This document shows positions 20,379 to 31,605 of a DNA stretch of 64,000 bases, in pieces. Location of the stretch: the NCBI GenBank assembly GCA_963664405.1, contig OY761158.1:3712001-3776000 (forward strand), given 5' to 3'. The notes beneath the pieces are model-generated. The model was not told where the DNA came from and made no database searches. It was given only the letters and a program-made list of their open reading frames with translations. Numbering within the stretch: position 1 is the first letter of the stretch; each line of letters begins with the position of its first letter. A program made the position numbers and the translations under genes. This stretch comes from Thermoanaerobaculia bacterium. Lineage in GTDB: Bacteria > Acidobacteriota > Thermoanaerobaculia > Multivoradales > Multivoraceae.

Positions 20379-21944
20379 ATGTCAGAAACAGAGGCTTCTG
20401 CCACAGACACGTCGCCAAGGGGAGCCACGGGTCGGCAGGTGCAGGAGCTTCAGCTCCTCTATCGGATCAGCGGTGTTCTCGATCGACATCCCGAGATCGC
20501 TCAGGTGATTCAGCCGGTGCTGGCGTCTCTGGCCGAGCACATGGATCTGCGCCATGGGACTGTGACGCTCCTCAATCGCGACACCGGTGACATATCGATC
20601 GATCTTGCACACGGTATGTCCGAGCAGCAGGTCGAGGCGGGCCGATACAAGCTTGGAGAGGGTGTGACCGGCAAGGTGGTCGAAAGCGGCGAGCCGGCGG
20701 TCATTCCGCGTACCAGCGAGTCTCCTATCTTTCTCGATCGCACGCAGCGGGGTAAGGCATCCGACATCTCCTTCATCTGCGTTCCGGTCAAGAGCGGTAA
20801 GGAGATCTTCGGGGCGCTTAGCGTCGACCGGAACTACAGTCCCGAAGCGGATCTCGAAGACGACCTTCGACTACTCACCATCGTAGCCTCGATGATCGCT
20901 CAATCGGTCAAGGTGCGGCGCTCCGCGGAGGAGGAGCGCGACCGTTTGGCGGCGGAGAACGAGTTGCTCAAGGCGGAGCTCCGAGACCGTTTTAAGCCCG
21001 GCAACATCATCGGACGCTCGCATGAGATGCAACATGTCTTCGACGAGATCTACACACTCTCCAAGAGTAATACCAGCGCTCTGATCTTGGGAGAGACGGG
21101 TACGGGCAAGGAGCTTGTCGCCCAGGCCATTCACTACAACAGCGTGCGGGCGCGAGGTCCTTTCATCAAGGTGCATTGCGCAGCCCTGCCCGAGTCGGTT
21201 ATCGAAAGTGAGCTCTTTGGCCATGTGCGCGGCGCTTTCACCGGTGCTATTGCCGACCGCAAGGGGCGTTTCGAGCTCGCCCATGGAGGAACGATCTTTC
21301 TCGACGAAGTCGGCGACATTTCGCCGGGGATCCAGATCAAATTGTTGCGGGTTCTGCAGGAGAGAGAGTTCGAGCGGGTCGGTGGAATGCGCACCATACG
21401 GGTCGACGTCAGGCTCATCGCCGCCACCAACCGAGACCTCAGCGAGCTTGTGGAAAAGGGCGGTTTCCGCCGTGATCTCTTCTATCGCCTGCACGTCTTC
21501 CCTATCTACGTGCCGCCGCTGCGAAAAAGGAAGACCGACATTCCCCTGCTCGCGGATCACTTCCTCGAGAAGTTCGCGGAGGAGAGTGGAAAACCGGTGC
21601 GACGATTGTCTAGCTCGGTTATCGACATGCTCCTCACCTACCATTGGCCCGGAAACGTGCGCGAGCTCGAGAGCTGCATCGAGCGCGCGGTCCTGGTCGC
21701 GCGCGGGGATGTGATTCACCCCCATCACATGCCGCCCACCCTACAGACCGCCGAGAGCTCCGGAACCTCGACCCACGGCAGTCTCGAGGCGATTGTCCAG
21801 ACCTATGAGCGCGACATCCTGCAGGACGCGCTGAAGTCCACCCGCGGAAACCTCGCCGGCGCGGCTCGACTTCTTTCTACGACTCCACGCATCATCGGCT
21901 ACAAAGTGAAGCAGCTAGGCATCAATGCCAAGCGCTACTCTTAG
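20379..21944 (+). CDS. NifA-like sigma54 enhancer-binding protein (GAF-AAA+-HTH)
   Basis: GAF with GEGVTGKVV; GETGTGKE, ESELFGH, GAFTGA, WPGNVREL; HTH AARLLSTTPRIIGYK. Confidence 0.9.
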   Translation: MSETEASATDTSPRGATGRQVQELQLLYRISGVLDRHPEIAQVIQPVLASLAEHMDLRHGTVTLLNRDTGDISIDLAHGMSEQQVEAGRYKLGEGVTGKVVESGEPAVIPRTSESPIFLDRTQRGKASDISFICVPVKSGKEIFGALSVDRNYSPEADLEDDLRLLTIVASMIAQSVKVRRSAEEERDRLAAENELLKAELRDRFKPGNIIGRSHEMQHVFDEIYTLSKSNTSALILGETGTGKELVAQAIHYNSVRARGPFIKVHCAALPESVIESELFGHVRGAFTGAIADRKGRFELAHGGTIFLDEVGDISPGIQIKLLRVLQEREFERVGGMRTIRVDVRLIAATNRDLSELVEKGGFRRDLFYRLHVFPIYVPPLRKRKTDIPLLADHFLEKFAEESGKPVRRLSSSVIDMLLTYHWPGNVRELESCIERAVLVARGDVIHPHHMPPTLQTAESSGTSTHGSLEAIVQTYERDILQDALKSTRGNLAGAARLLSTTPRIIGYKVKQLGINAKRYS

Positions 21945-24900
21945 CCGACGTCCAGGGCCCTCCACCTGGCCTCGAGCTCGCCGCTCCTCGAACCGCCTAG
22001 TGCGGCTTTGGCTGCCGGCTGACGACGCTCGAGTCGCTTGCGTGCCTCCCAGGCCTCTTTGTCGCTGAGCGGCTCGAGGAAGCGTAGGTCGCCCGCGATC
22101 GACAGCACCACGGGCCTACCGTTTCTGAAGAGCACTCGATTGGCCGATACCGAGTGAAGCCTGGCTCCAGGGGTCAGTATGCCGACCAGATTGAGCGGAT
22201 CCGCCGCACTGACCGCGGTCCATTGGTCGCGGTCGGGCTCTTGCCTGTGCTTGCGCAGTGCCGATACCGCCTCGGGAAGGGCGAACTGCTCGCCACTGAA
22301 GCCAACGATAAATCGGCCTCCGCGCACCTCGCCTCGAGCCTCGAGGCGGCGGAAGGCTCGCAGTAGATCTCTCCATGGCGGTAGCGCGCCCTCGCGGTCG
22401 AGGAGACGGCGGAAGACCACCCCCCAGCGTCGCAGCAGGATTCGTGCGACCTCTTCGAAGAGCTCGTCTTGTGCAGTGAAGCCTTCGAGGCTGTCCTCCT
22501 CGCCGGTCTCCTCTGCGATGGCGACCCATCGGCCGGCGTCTTCGAGACCGAAGTCTGCGCTGCGGCGCCGGCCGGTGCCGGAGAACGGCTTCCGGCGGGC
22601 AGACGGGACCAACAGAGCCCGCAGACCAAGGAAGGTGTCAGAGCTGACCAGACCTCGGGCCGCGAGCTCGGCCAGACACCCCTCCAGCTGAGTTTGAAGA
22701 AGGCCGGTGCCTTTGCAAAGGTCGTCGAAGAAGGAGGCTCCTTGTTGGCGAAGGAGACTAAGCACCTGTTGCGCTCCAAGGCTGAGAGACCGGCCTGACT
22801 CTCCACGGCCCCCCCGATGCGACTCCAGAGCTCTCGGTTGCCGCGACGAAGGAGAGCGATGGGAGTGGATCGAACCGGCCCAGGCTTGGCTGAAGCGGTG
22901 TCTCTGAGCGGGGGTGGAGAGCGCCTCTGCCAGACCGTCTTTCCGCCGAGGCAGAGTCCGTCGAGCCAGGCTGCCTCGTAGTCCTCGACGCGGTCGGGGA
23001 GGACGTCCACCTCCCAACCGCCGGCGGGTACTTCGAAGCCTTCGAGCTGGTAGACAACCTCTTCGAGCCCTTTGGGACCCGCCTTGTGCTCACCCTCCTC
23101 GAGGTGGTGCCAGCCGAGTAGGAAGCGTAGGAAGGCTTCAGCGCTCACCGGCTCGATCTCGGCTCGCAGCCGCTTGAGAGTGCGGCGGTGAATGCGCGCC
23201 AGGAGGCGTCTTTCGCACCACTCGGTTTCTTTTGTGTCGTGGCTGAAGTGCCCTCGCAGCACGAAGCCTTCTGCTTCGAGGGCCGCGAGCGCCGTTTCGA
23301 CTTCTCGCATGTCGAGGTCGAGGGGTGCCGCAAGCGCGCGGGGCGTGACAGGGCCGAGGATCTCGAGTCTGCCGCGGAGAACTTCTGGAAGGGCATCTTC
23401 GGGCGCATGAATCTGCCGCAGCGCCGCGGGAAGATCGAGGGGAGGCGTGGGTGCCCAGTCAGGTCTGATGGCCGCGAGCTCGCTCGCTCGCTCGGCCGCC
23501 ACCCAGACTGAGCGAGTGCCATCCGTGAGCTGGGTGACTCGACCCTGCTCTGAGAGCTCCTGAAGATGGATCTTCCAGCCGGCTTCTACATCGGAGGAAG
23601 TCTCCTCCTGACTGAGGAAGCCGGCGAGGACGAGGGCGTCGTGAAGCTCGTCGGCCGACTCGGCTTGGGGCCAAGCCTCCTCCCGAACGGCGGCGATAGC
23701 CGCTTCGTCGAGAGCTCCGAGGTCGGAAGCACTCTCGGGGTCGAGCCAGCGTCGGCTGAGGACCGCCTGCGTGCGTCTTTCCTCGAGGGGAGCGTCGTCG
23801 AGGAAGGCGTAGGGGCGTGCGTTTAGGATCTCCTGCGCGAGAGGGGAGGGCTCCGTGAGATCGCGGGTGACGATCTGGATCTGGCCGCTCCGGAGGCGGG
23901 TGAGGAGCTCTTCGAGCCGGTCGATGTCCATCGCTTCGTCGAGGCAGTCGCGCAAGGTCTGGTTTACGAGTGGGTGATCGGGGATCTCCCGCTCTCCGGC
24001 GATGTTCTCGAAGCAGGCCAGCTGATCGGGAAAGACCACCGAAATCAGGTCCTCTGCGTTCATCCGCTGGAGCTGGGGCGGCACGCGCTTGCCGCCGCGA
24101 AAGCGCAGTACCGCGAGCGCTCTGCCGGCGTTCCAGCGCCAGCGCACGTTGAACATCGGAGCATCGAGGAGCGCCTGGGTGAGAACGTGACGAACAGTGT
24201 CTGGATGCAGGTAAGTAAAGACTTCCTCGAGCGGAAAGCTGTGGGTTACGCCGAGCGACAGAATGATTGCGTCTTCCGTCGCGGCTGCTTGCAATTCGAA
24301 GTTGAACTTGCGACAAAAGCGCTTGCGTAGCGCGAGGCCCCAGGCTCGGTTGAGACGGCTGCCAAAAGGTGAGTGGAGTACCAGCTGCATGCCTCCGCTC
24401 TCGTCGAAGAAGCGCTCTAGCACCAGGGTCTGCTGGGTAGGCATCGCTCCCAGTGCCTTGCGGCCCGCTACCAGATACTCGCTCAGCTGGCGCGCTGCCG
24501 CCTTGGAAACGCCAGGTGTGTCGAGCAGCGCCTTCGCCACGTCTTCGGGGCCCTCGGTTGCCGAGTGCCGAGAGATCTCATCACGCAGCTCTGACACCGC
24601 CTTGGAGAGCTCGGCGCTGCGAGAAGGGGCCTCGCCGAACCAGAAGGGGATGGTTGGAGGTTGCCCTCGTGCGTCTGCGACTCGCACCTTACCCGGCTCT
24701 ATGCGCAGGATGCGCCAAGAGGCGTTGCCCAACTGGAAGATGTTCCCCGGCAGACTCTCGACAGCGAAATCCTCGTTGACGCTGCCCACCCGAGTGTCTC
24801 CCGTCTCGAGCACGACGTCGTAGTCCGCGGTATCGGGGATGGCGCCACCGTTGGTGAGGGCGGCTAGCCGCGCCCCCCGTCTTCCGCGCAAGCGTCCGTT

Positions 24901-26346
24901 GACCCGATCGTGGTGAAGGTAGGCCCCACGCCTGCCATTACGCGAAGTGAAGCCATCGCGCAGCATCGCGATTACGTCGGAGAACTCTTCCCAGCTGAGG
25001 TCCCGGAAGGGGTAGGCGCGGCAGATCAGCTCGAAGAGCTCGCGTTCTTCGTACTCGGAGCTGGCCACTGCTGCGACGATCTGTTGGGCGAGGATGTCCA
25101 GAGGCTTCTCGGGTATGACCAGGCGGTCGAGCTCGCCCTCCGCGATGCAACGCAGCAGGGCCACACTCTCGGCAAGCTCGTCGCGGCTCAAGGGGAAAAG
25201 GCGCCCTTTGGAAACGCCGTCGATGGTGTGCCCCGACCGGCCAACACGTTGAAGCAGGGTGGCGATAGTACGGGTGCTGCCGATCTGGCAGACCAGGTCG
25301 ACGTTGCCGATGTCGATGCCGAGCTCGAGCGAGGCGGTGGCGACCAGCGCGCGGAGCTCGCCCGCCTTGAGCCGGCGCTCGGATTCCAATCGTTGGTCGC
25401 GCGACAGACTGCCGTGGTGGGAGGTGACATTGCGCTTCCCCAGGCGATCACTCAGGTTCTTGGCGATGCGCTCCGCAAGGCGCCGCGTATTGACAAAGAC
25501 GATGGTGGTCGAGTGACCTGCAACGAGGTCGGCAAGACGGTCATAGATCTCTTCCCACACCTCGTTGGACATCACGGCTTCGAGCGGAGAGGAGGGGAGC
25601 TCGAGGGCGAGGTCGAGGCTCCGGCGGTGGCCCAGGTCGACAACTTCACGGTCGCCGTCGCGGAAGAGAAAGTCTGCGACAGCGGCAATCGGCTTCTGTG
25701 TCGCCGAGAGCCCGATGCGCAGTACCGGTCGCTCGACGAGATCGTCGAGGCGCTCGAGGGTCAAGGCGAGGTGGGAGCCCCTCTTGTCTCCGACCATCGC
25801 ATGGATCTCGTCGACGATGACGGTGTCGGTGTGGGCGAGCATTCTTCGCCCGCCTTCCGAGGTGAGGAGTATGTAGAGAGACTCGGGGGTGGTTACCAGG
25901 ATGTGGGGTGGGCGCTTGAGCATGGCGGTGCGCTCTCGCGCCGGCGTATCACCGGTGCGCACCGAGGTTCGGATCTCCAGATCGGGCTCACCGGCTTGTG
26001 CCAGTCGTTCTCGTATGCCCTCGAGTGGACGATGCAGATTGAGCTCGATGTCGTTGGAGAGCGCTTTGAGTGGCGAGACGTAGACCACGCGGGTGTGATC
26101 GGGAAGTCCGCCGTTGGCGAGGCCCTCTCGGGTGAGGTCGTCGAGAACGGCGAGGAAGGCCGCGAGAGTCTTGCCGGATCCGGTGGGAGCGGCGATAAGG
26201 GTTTGTTTCCTCGCCTTGATCGCCGGCCACGCCCTCGCCTGCGGAGGCGTCGGATCGCCGAGGGCCGAGCGCAGCCAGCCGGCGACGGCAGGGTGAAAGA
26301 GCGCCTCCGGGGGAAGAGGCGTCGCGCTTGCAGCCGACGAATCCAT
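21941..26346 (-). pseudogene. lhr: Lhr-family ATP-dependent helicase, frameshifted near 22785
   Basis: [24 protein letters not shown]; C-terminal [18 protein letters not shown] lies in another frame (21941-23017). Confidence 0.85.
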
Positions 26347-26409
26347 GAAACCCTAGTGTAGTAGTCCCTGTTTCTGCGTCAACAGTGGGCGAGGCGCTTT
26401 GGACGCAAG

Positions 26410-26441
26410 AAAAAAGAGCCCCGGCCGAAGGCCGGGGCTCT
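26410..26441 (-). terminator. Intrinsic terminator of the TonB receptor gene
   Basis: AGAGCCCCGGC/GCCGGGGCTCT stem followed by a T-tract on the minus strand. Confidence 0.85.
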
Positions 26442-26467
26442 GGAAGATCGATAAAACGAGGGCTCGC

Positions 26468-29467
26468 CTAGAAGCGGAAGCCGACAGAGAACCGGTAGGT
26501 CCGCGGACGCTGGAAGTCGAACTCGTTCTGCGGTTGGCCGAACTCATCGCCCTTGCCCCAGTGGGTGCCCTCGATCGGGGATTCGGTGAAGGGGTTGAAT
26601 TCCGCGAAATCACCCGTTGTCGCATCGAGAGTCTGGGTGTCGAGGTCGATCACGGCATCTTCGTTGAAGACATTGAGCACTTCCGTCTTGAAGAAGAGCT
26701 CCAAGTTCTTGGCCACCCTGAAACCGTAGAGAAGAGCGATGTCGGTTGAGGACACGTCCGGGGTGGTGAAGGCACCGCGAGGGGTGAAGAAGTAGTCGAT
26801 CTGCCCGTCGATCGCAGAAACGTAGCCGGGGTTGGTGACGAAAGGACGGGTGTCCACGTCGCCCTCGGCATGATAGGGCGTGCCGGAGAAGAAGTTCTGG
26901 AGCAGAGAGACGTTCAGGTTGTGGCGGTCTCCTTGCACAATGTCATACATCCCCCAGACGCGAAGCTTGTGCTCCTGGTCGGCACCGAGAGGGCCCACCG
27001 GCCGGTGGCCGGGGAAGGCTCGATACTCGCGGTACTGCAGGGGATCATCGCTGATCGGGCCGTTCGGGCCGGTCTCACCGTTGATGTTCCCCTCCAGCTC
27101 CGACCAGGTGTAGTTGCCGGCCAGGGTGAAGCGATTACTGAATCGATAGCGTCCCTGGAAGTTGGCTCCAACGTAATCGCGCTTCAGCAGGCCGTCGCCG
27201 AAGTTGCCGAGCTCCACGAAGTCGACCTCGGTGCCGCCGATGTTGACGGTGTCGCCCACCTCGTTCTTGTTGGAGTAGAAGTCCTCCCACTCTCTGAAAA
27301 TGAGGTCGGCGCGGATGATACCGCGCGTTCCCAGGCGCTTCGTTGCGCCGACAGTGAGCTCCTCTGTGCTCGGGGAGCTTATGCCCCCGCGAACGCCAAC
27401 GTTGGAAACCTCGCCTGGCACGGTCAGAAAGAGCACTCCCGGAATCTGGGCGATGTCGTTCGGATCACTGGTCAGGGGGTTGAAGCCGGTCTCATCGAGC
27501 CACCAGTCGGTCACGATGCGGGTGACTTCCGGCGTCGGGATGCAGTCGCCGCGAGCGACGCAGTTCGGGTCGGTGTTGAGCGGAGGTCCGCCGTAGAACA
27601 GGATCGCTCTACCGGTGGCGCCGCCGGTGGAAGCGGAATTCGCGGTGTTGATGCCGCCGTGGAGGGCGGCTACGTAGTCGCCCCAGCTGGCGTTGATCAC
27701 CAGATCGCCGTCACCCTTGACATCGTAGCTGAGCCCCAGCCGCGGGCTCGTCTTCGAGTCGTCGGAGACCAAGTTGCCACCGGCGTCCCTGCCGTCGTTC
27801 TTGTCGTGGCGGACACCGATGTTGAAGCTCCACTTGTCGTTGAGCTGCCAACGATCGTTGACGTAGAAAGAGTTGGTTTCAAAAGAGGTCTTCGCCACGT
27901 TGTCGAGACCGAAGATCGGCCACGCCGCCACCCAATTCGACCCGCTGGTCGGATCGAGCACGGTGAACACTTCCTTGGTGTTCGGGTCGATGAGGAAGTC
28001 ATCGGCGGCGAGGCGGAAGTCGCTGCCGCTCTGATGGTTCACATTGAAGGACCGGCTGTTGAAGCTGTCGTAACCGAAGGCGATATCGTGCGAGCCGGCG
28101 CCCTCGGTGCTGAGGAAGTAGGAGCCTTTGACCAGATGGTTTTCGTTGTCGCGCTGCTCGTTCTCGCAATTGCCACAAAAGTTTGGCTCCCCCCAAGCCG
28201 AGTTGTCGAAAGTGGTCTGCCAGGGGGACGAGTAGAGACCCCGCTCACCGCCGCTGCCGACGCCGTTGTCGAGATTACGGACCGAGTACTGGGCCTCGGC
28301 GAAGAAGTTGCCCCCGAACACACCGTGGTAGTTGATGGCGGTGAGGTCCTGCGGGTCTGTTCGTGTGACCAGGCGGGACAGTTCGAGGATATCGCCGAAG
28401 GAGTCGTTGACCGCCGCCTGGTCGACCTCGAGGTAAGAGCCGGTGAGAGTGTGGCTCGAGCTCAGGTTGGCCGTCAGCTTGCCCTCGAAGCGCTGCTGAT
28501 CGTCCTGCTTCGCGTAGGCGATCTCGGTCTCCGAGGTCTGCTCGGTGGTGTCGAGCAAGCGGTCGCGACCGGCGAGGAAGAACCAGATTCGGTCTTTCCA
28601 GATCGGGCCGCCAAGGGTCGCCTCGTAGATCTCGTTGATCTTGTCTTCCTGCTCCACGGTGGTCAGAGGAGTTTTGGATTCCCAGTCGTCGTTTTGCAGG
28701 CTGACCCGCAGCGAGCCGGAAAACTGATTACCGCCGGACTTGGTGAGCACGTTGATGACGCCGCCGGTGAAGCGGCCGTACTCGGCCGAGACGCTGCCGA
28801 TGGAGACATTGGTCTCCTCGATCGCGTCCTCGATGAAGAGGTTGAGGGACTGGCCGCGGGAGTTCTCGTTGACCACCACGCCGTTGATCAGCCACAGGTT
28901 CTCGAACGACATTGCGCCGTTGATGGTGATTGCGCTCTCGCGGGTACTCCCTATCTGCGGCCCGGTGGAATGTACGCCGGGCGCCAGCTCGACCGCCCGC
29001 CGGATGTTACGGGCGACCGGAAGATTGTTCAACTCATCCCCTGTGATTGTCGTAGAGATCGTCGCCGTCTCCGAGATGGTCTCGACAGAGCCCAAGACGA
29101 TGATCTGCTCTTCGACACTGGCGACTTCCATGCCGACGTTGGTAGGCGCAATCTGGGCCGCGTTGACCCGGACCCGCACCACCGTGGTGTTGAAGTCATT
29201 GAGCTCGAAGGTGATGTCGTAGGCACCTGGCGGCAGGAATCCTAGCCTGTAGGTTCCGTCGTTGCCGGTCACGGTGTCTCGCTGGCCCTGGAGCGAGGGC
29301 GACGTCGCCGTCACTATCACGCCGGGGAGCCGAGTCGTGCCGTCTGCGGTCTCGACTTTGCCGGTGACCGTTCCGGTCGGAATCTGCGCCAGCGCCGGCA
29401 GCGCTACGAGAAGTCCGGCGACCAGAAAGATCACCAGCCGGGTCCTAAGAATGTTGGTCTTCCTCAT
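26468..29467 (-). CDS. TonB-dependent receptor, Oar-like, with N-terminal carboxypeptidase-regulatory-like domain
   Basis: Signal peptide ..PALAQ; SAEYGRFTGGVINVLTKSGGN plug motif; C-terminal PRTYRFSVGFRF; RBS GAGGAG before ATG 29467. Confidence 0.9.
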   Translation of the reverse strand: MRKTNILRTRLVIFLVAGLLVALPALAQIPTGTVTGKVETADGTTRLPGVIVTATSPSLQGQRDTVTGNDGTYRLGFLPPGAYDITFELNDFNTTVVRVRVNAAQIAPTNVGMEVASVEEQIIVLGSVETISETATISTTITGDELNNLPVARNIRRAVELAPGVHSTGPQIGSTRESAITINGAMSFENLWLINGVVVNENSRGQSLNLFIEDAIEETNVSIGSVSAEYGRFTGGVINVLTKSGGNQFSGSLRVSLQNDDWESKTPLTTVEQEDKINEIYEATLGGPIWKDRIWFFLAGRDRLLDTTEQTSETEIAYAKQDDQQRFEGKLTANLSSSHTLTGSYLEVDQAAVNDSFGDILELSRLVTRTDPQDLTAINYHGVFGGNFFAEAQYSVRNLDNGVGSGGERGLYSSPWQTTFDNSAWGEPNFCGNCENEQRDNENHLVKGSYFLSTEGAGSHDIAFGYDSFNSRSFNVNHQSGSDFRLAADDFLIDPNTKEVFTVLDPTSGSNWVAAWPIFGLDNVAKTSFETNSFYVNDRWQLNDKWSFNIGVRHDKNDGRDAGGNLVSDDSKTSPRLGLSYDVKGDGDLVINASWGDYVAALHGGINTANSASTGGATGRAILFYGGPPLNTDPNCVARGDCIPTPEVTRIVTDWWLDETGFNPLTSDPNDIAQIPGVLFLTVPGEVSNVGVRGGISSPSTEELTVGATKRLGTRGIIRADLIFREWEDFYSNKNEVGDTVNIGGTEVDFVELGNFGDGLLKRDYVGANFQGRYRFSNRFTLAGNYTWSELEGNINGETGPNGPISDDPLQYREYRAFPGHRPVGPLGADQEHKLRVWGMYDIVQGDRHNLNVSLLQNFFSGTPYHAEGDVDTRPFVTNPGYVSAIDGQIDYFFTPRGAFTTPDVSSTDIALLYGFRVAKNLELFFKTEVLNVFNEDAVIDLDTQTLDATTGDFAEFNPFTESPIEGTHWGKGDEFGQPQNEFDFQRPRTYRFSVGFRF

Positions 29468-29830
29468 GAAGAACGTCTCCTCTTGTCGTTGAGCTCCCGG
29501 CAAATCGTTTTCGCCCGGGAATGAAAAAATGATCGTAACACTCAAGCCAGGTGCGGGAAGGTTCTAGACCCAAGTACGGCGGATCCAAGGCTCCTCAAAT
29601 GGCCAATCGACATATATGCTGGCAATTGGCGGACCAGATTGGCGGTTGGTGGGTACTTTGGGCACTCCATGTGCGCAACCCACTGTAAAGGCGAGGTAAA
29701 GTGAGTCGGCTGGATTCGTCAGCGGTGGCTGGAGGATGTGAGGAAGAGGCCCAAAAATGTAGAGAAACGGTTTTTTGGATCCAATAATTTGATCCGTGTT
29801 GCAGACGGAGTGGTCAGATAGCATGCTGGC

Positions 29831-31585
29831 GTGGGTCTACGCTTCTTAGTACTTGCCCTCCCCTTGGTTCTTTCTCCGATCGGGTGCTCGGCGCCCGACG
29901 TGACCGGAGAGCCCGCGACACGCGTTACCCGCGTCGCAGCCGCTGTGTTCCTCGACAGCGCCCGAGAAATCGGCGTCGACTTCGTTCATTTCAACGGCAT
30001 GACGGGCCGCCATCACCTGGTCGAGGTTCTCGGCGGAGGAGCAGCCCTGTTCGACTTCGATAACGACGGCGACCTCGACCTCTACCTCGTCCAGGGAGCA
30101 CGGCTTGGCGAGGGCGGCTCTGGAGAGCCTTTGTTTCCTCCGCGCCATCCGGAGCCCTTGACCGATCGGCTCTACCGCAACGAGTTGATTCCGGGCGGAC
30201 AGCTGCGCTTCGCCGACGTGACCGATCAGGCCGGCGAGCTCGGCACTTCCTACGGTATGGGGGCTGCCACCGGCGACTACGATCGCGACGGCTTCGTCGA
30301 TCTTCTGGTTACCAACTACGGCCGTAACTCCTTGTTGCGCAACCAGGGCGACGGCACTTTCACCGACGTGACCGTTTCCGCCGGTTTGGAGGACGAGGCC
30401 TGGAGCGTGGCGGCCGCCTTCTTCGACTTCGACGACGACGGCTGGTTGGACCTCTTCGTCGGCAACTACGTCAGTTTTGGGGTCGACAATGGGCAGTCGT
30501 GCCGAGATCTGACCGGTGCACCCGACTATTGTGGGGTGGACCTCTTCGCGCCCCAGGCGGACCGCCTCTATCGCAACCTCGGGGACGGCTCGTTCGCGGA
30601 CGTGAGCTTGTCCAGCGGAATCGCTGGCGCGGACAGGGCACCGACTCTGGGGGCGCTCCCTCTCGACGTCGATGGTGATGGACGGCTGGATCTGTACGTC
30701 GCCAACGACGCGAAGCCCAATCATCTGTGGATGAACCGCGGTGACGGCGTTTTCGAAGAGGAGGCCCTGCTGCGTGGATGCGCGGTGAATCTCGACGGTC
30801 TCCCGGAAGCGAGCATGGGCGTGGATGCCGGTGACATTGATGGGGATGGTAATCTCGACCTCTTCGTGACCCATCTGAAGAAGGAGAGCAACACCTTCTA
30901 CGCCAGCGACGGTCATGGGGCCTTCAGAGACAACACCATCGGCGCCGGTCTCGACGCGCCGAGTCGCCCCTATACCTCCTTCGGCACCGGCTGGCTCGAC
31001 TACGATCTCGATGGCCGGCTCGATCTGGTGGTGGTGAACGGCGCGATCGCCAAGCTCTCGGCGCTCGTCGGAGCTGGCGATTCTTTTCCTCTCCACCAGC
31101 CCAATCAACTCTTTCGAAACCAGGGTGGGGGCCGATTCTCCGACTCGACCTCGGCCGGCGGGCCGGCCTTACTATCTTCGGAGGTGAGTCGAGCCGCGGC
31201 CTTAGGTGATCTCGACAACGATGGCGATGTCGATGTCGTGGTGGTGAATAACAACGGCCCTTCCCGGGTCTGGCTCAACCAGCTCGGTCCCGCAGAGGGG
31301 TGGGTCGGCGTTCGACTCCTCGATGCTCAGGGCGGTATCGACGCGCTCGGCGCTCGCGCCGCTCTGACTGTAGGCGGGGAGCCGCGACAGTGGCGTTGGG
31401 TCAAGACGGGGGGAAGTTACGCGGCGGCCCGCGATCCGCGTATTCTGTTCGTTCTGCCCGGGGAGGCAACGAAGGCCGATCTCGAGGTGACCTGGCTCGA
31501 CGGTCAGACCGAGGAGTGGGCCGACCTCCAGCTCGGTAGCTATACCACCCTGAGCAAAGGCAGCGGTCGCGAGCGCAAGCCCTGA
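29831..31585 (+). CDS. CRTAC1-family lipoprotein (FG-GAP/VCBS repeats + ASPIC/UnbV)
   Basis: Repeated DxDxDGxxD motifs; lipobox-like IGC; C-terminal GGSY..RILF. Confidence 0.88.
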   Translation: MGLRFLVLALPLVLSPIGCSAPDVTGEPATRVTRVAAAVFLDSAREIGVDFVHFNGMTGRHHLVEVLGGGAALFDFDNDGDLDLYLVQGARLGEGGSGEPLFPPRHPEPLTDRLYRNELIPGGQLRFADVTDQAGELGTSYGMGAATGDYDRDGFVDLLVTNYGRNSLLRNQGDGTFTDVTVSAGLEDEAWSVAAAFFDFDDDGWLDLFVGNYVSFGVDNGQSCRDLTGAPDYCGVDLFAPQADRLYRNLGDGSFADVSLSSGIAGADRAPTLGALPLDVDGDGRLDLYVANDAKPNHLWMNRGDGVFEEEALLRGCAVNLDGLPEASMGVDAGDIDGDGNLDLFVTHLKKESNTFYASDGHGAFRDNTIGAGLDAPSRPYTSFGTGWLDYDLDGRLDLVVVNGAIAKLSALVGAGDSFPLHQPNQLFRNQGGGRFSDSTSAGGPALLSSEVSRAAALGDLDNDGDVDVVVVNNNGPSRVWLNQLGPAEGWVGVRLLDAQGGIDALGARAALTVGGEPRQWRWVKTGGSYAAARDPRILFVLPGEATKADLEVTWLDGQTEEWADLQLGSYTTLSKGSGRERKP

Positions 31586-31605
31586 AGGGACGATGGAGAG
31601 CCTAG

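Noticed and set aside
18964-21944. NifV plus NifA as a nitrogen-fixation cluster
   Set aside because: The synthase is the lysine-pathway type within a lysW operon; no nitrogenase or cofactor genes are in the window.
26870-29245. Long antisense ORFs (also 24910-26361, 29846-31108, 51859-53037, 60457-61905)
   Set aside because: Shadow frames of well-supported genes in high-GC DNA, with no motifs.
29659-29675. Sigma54 promoter GGGCAC-N5-GTGC upstream of the CRTAC1 operon
   Set aside because: Only GG-N10-GC with mismatches to TGGCAC/TTGC; likely by chance in GC-rich DNA.
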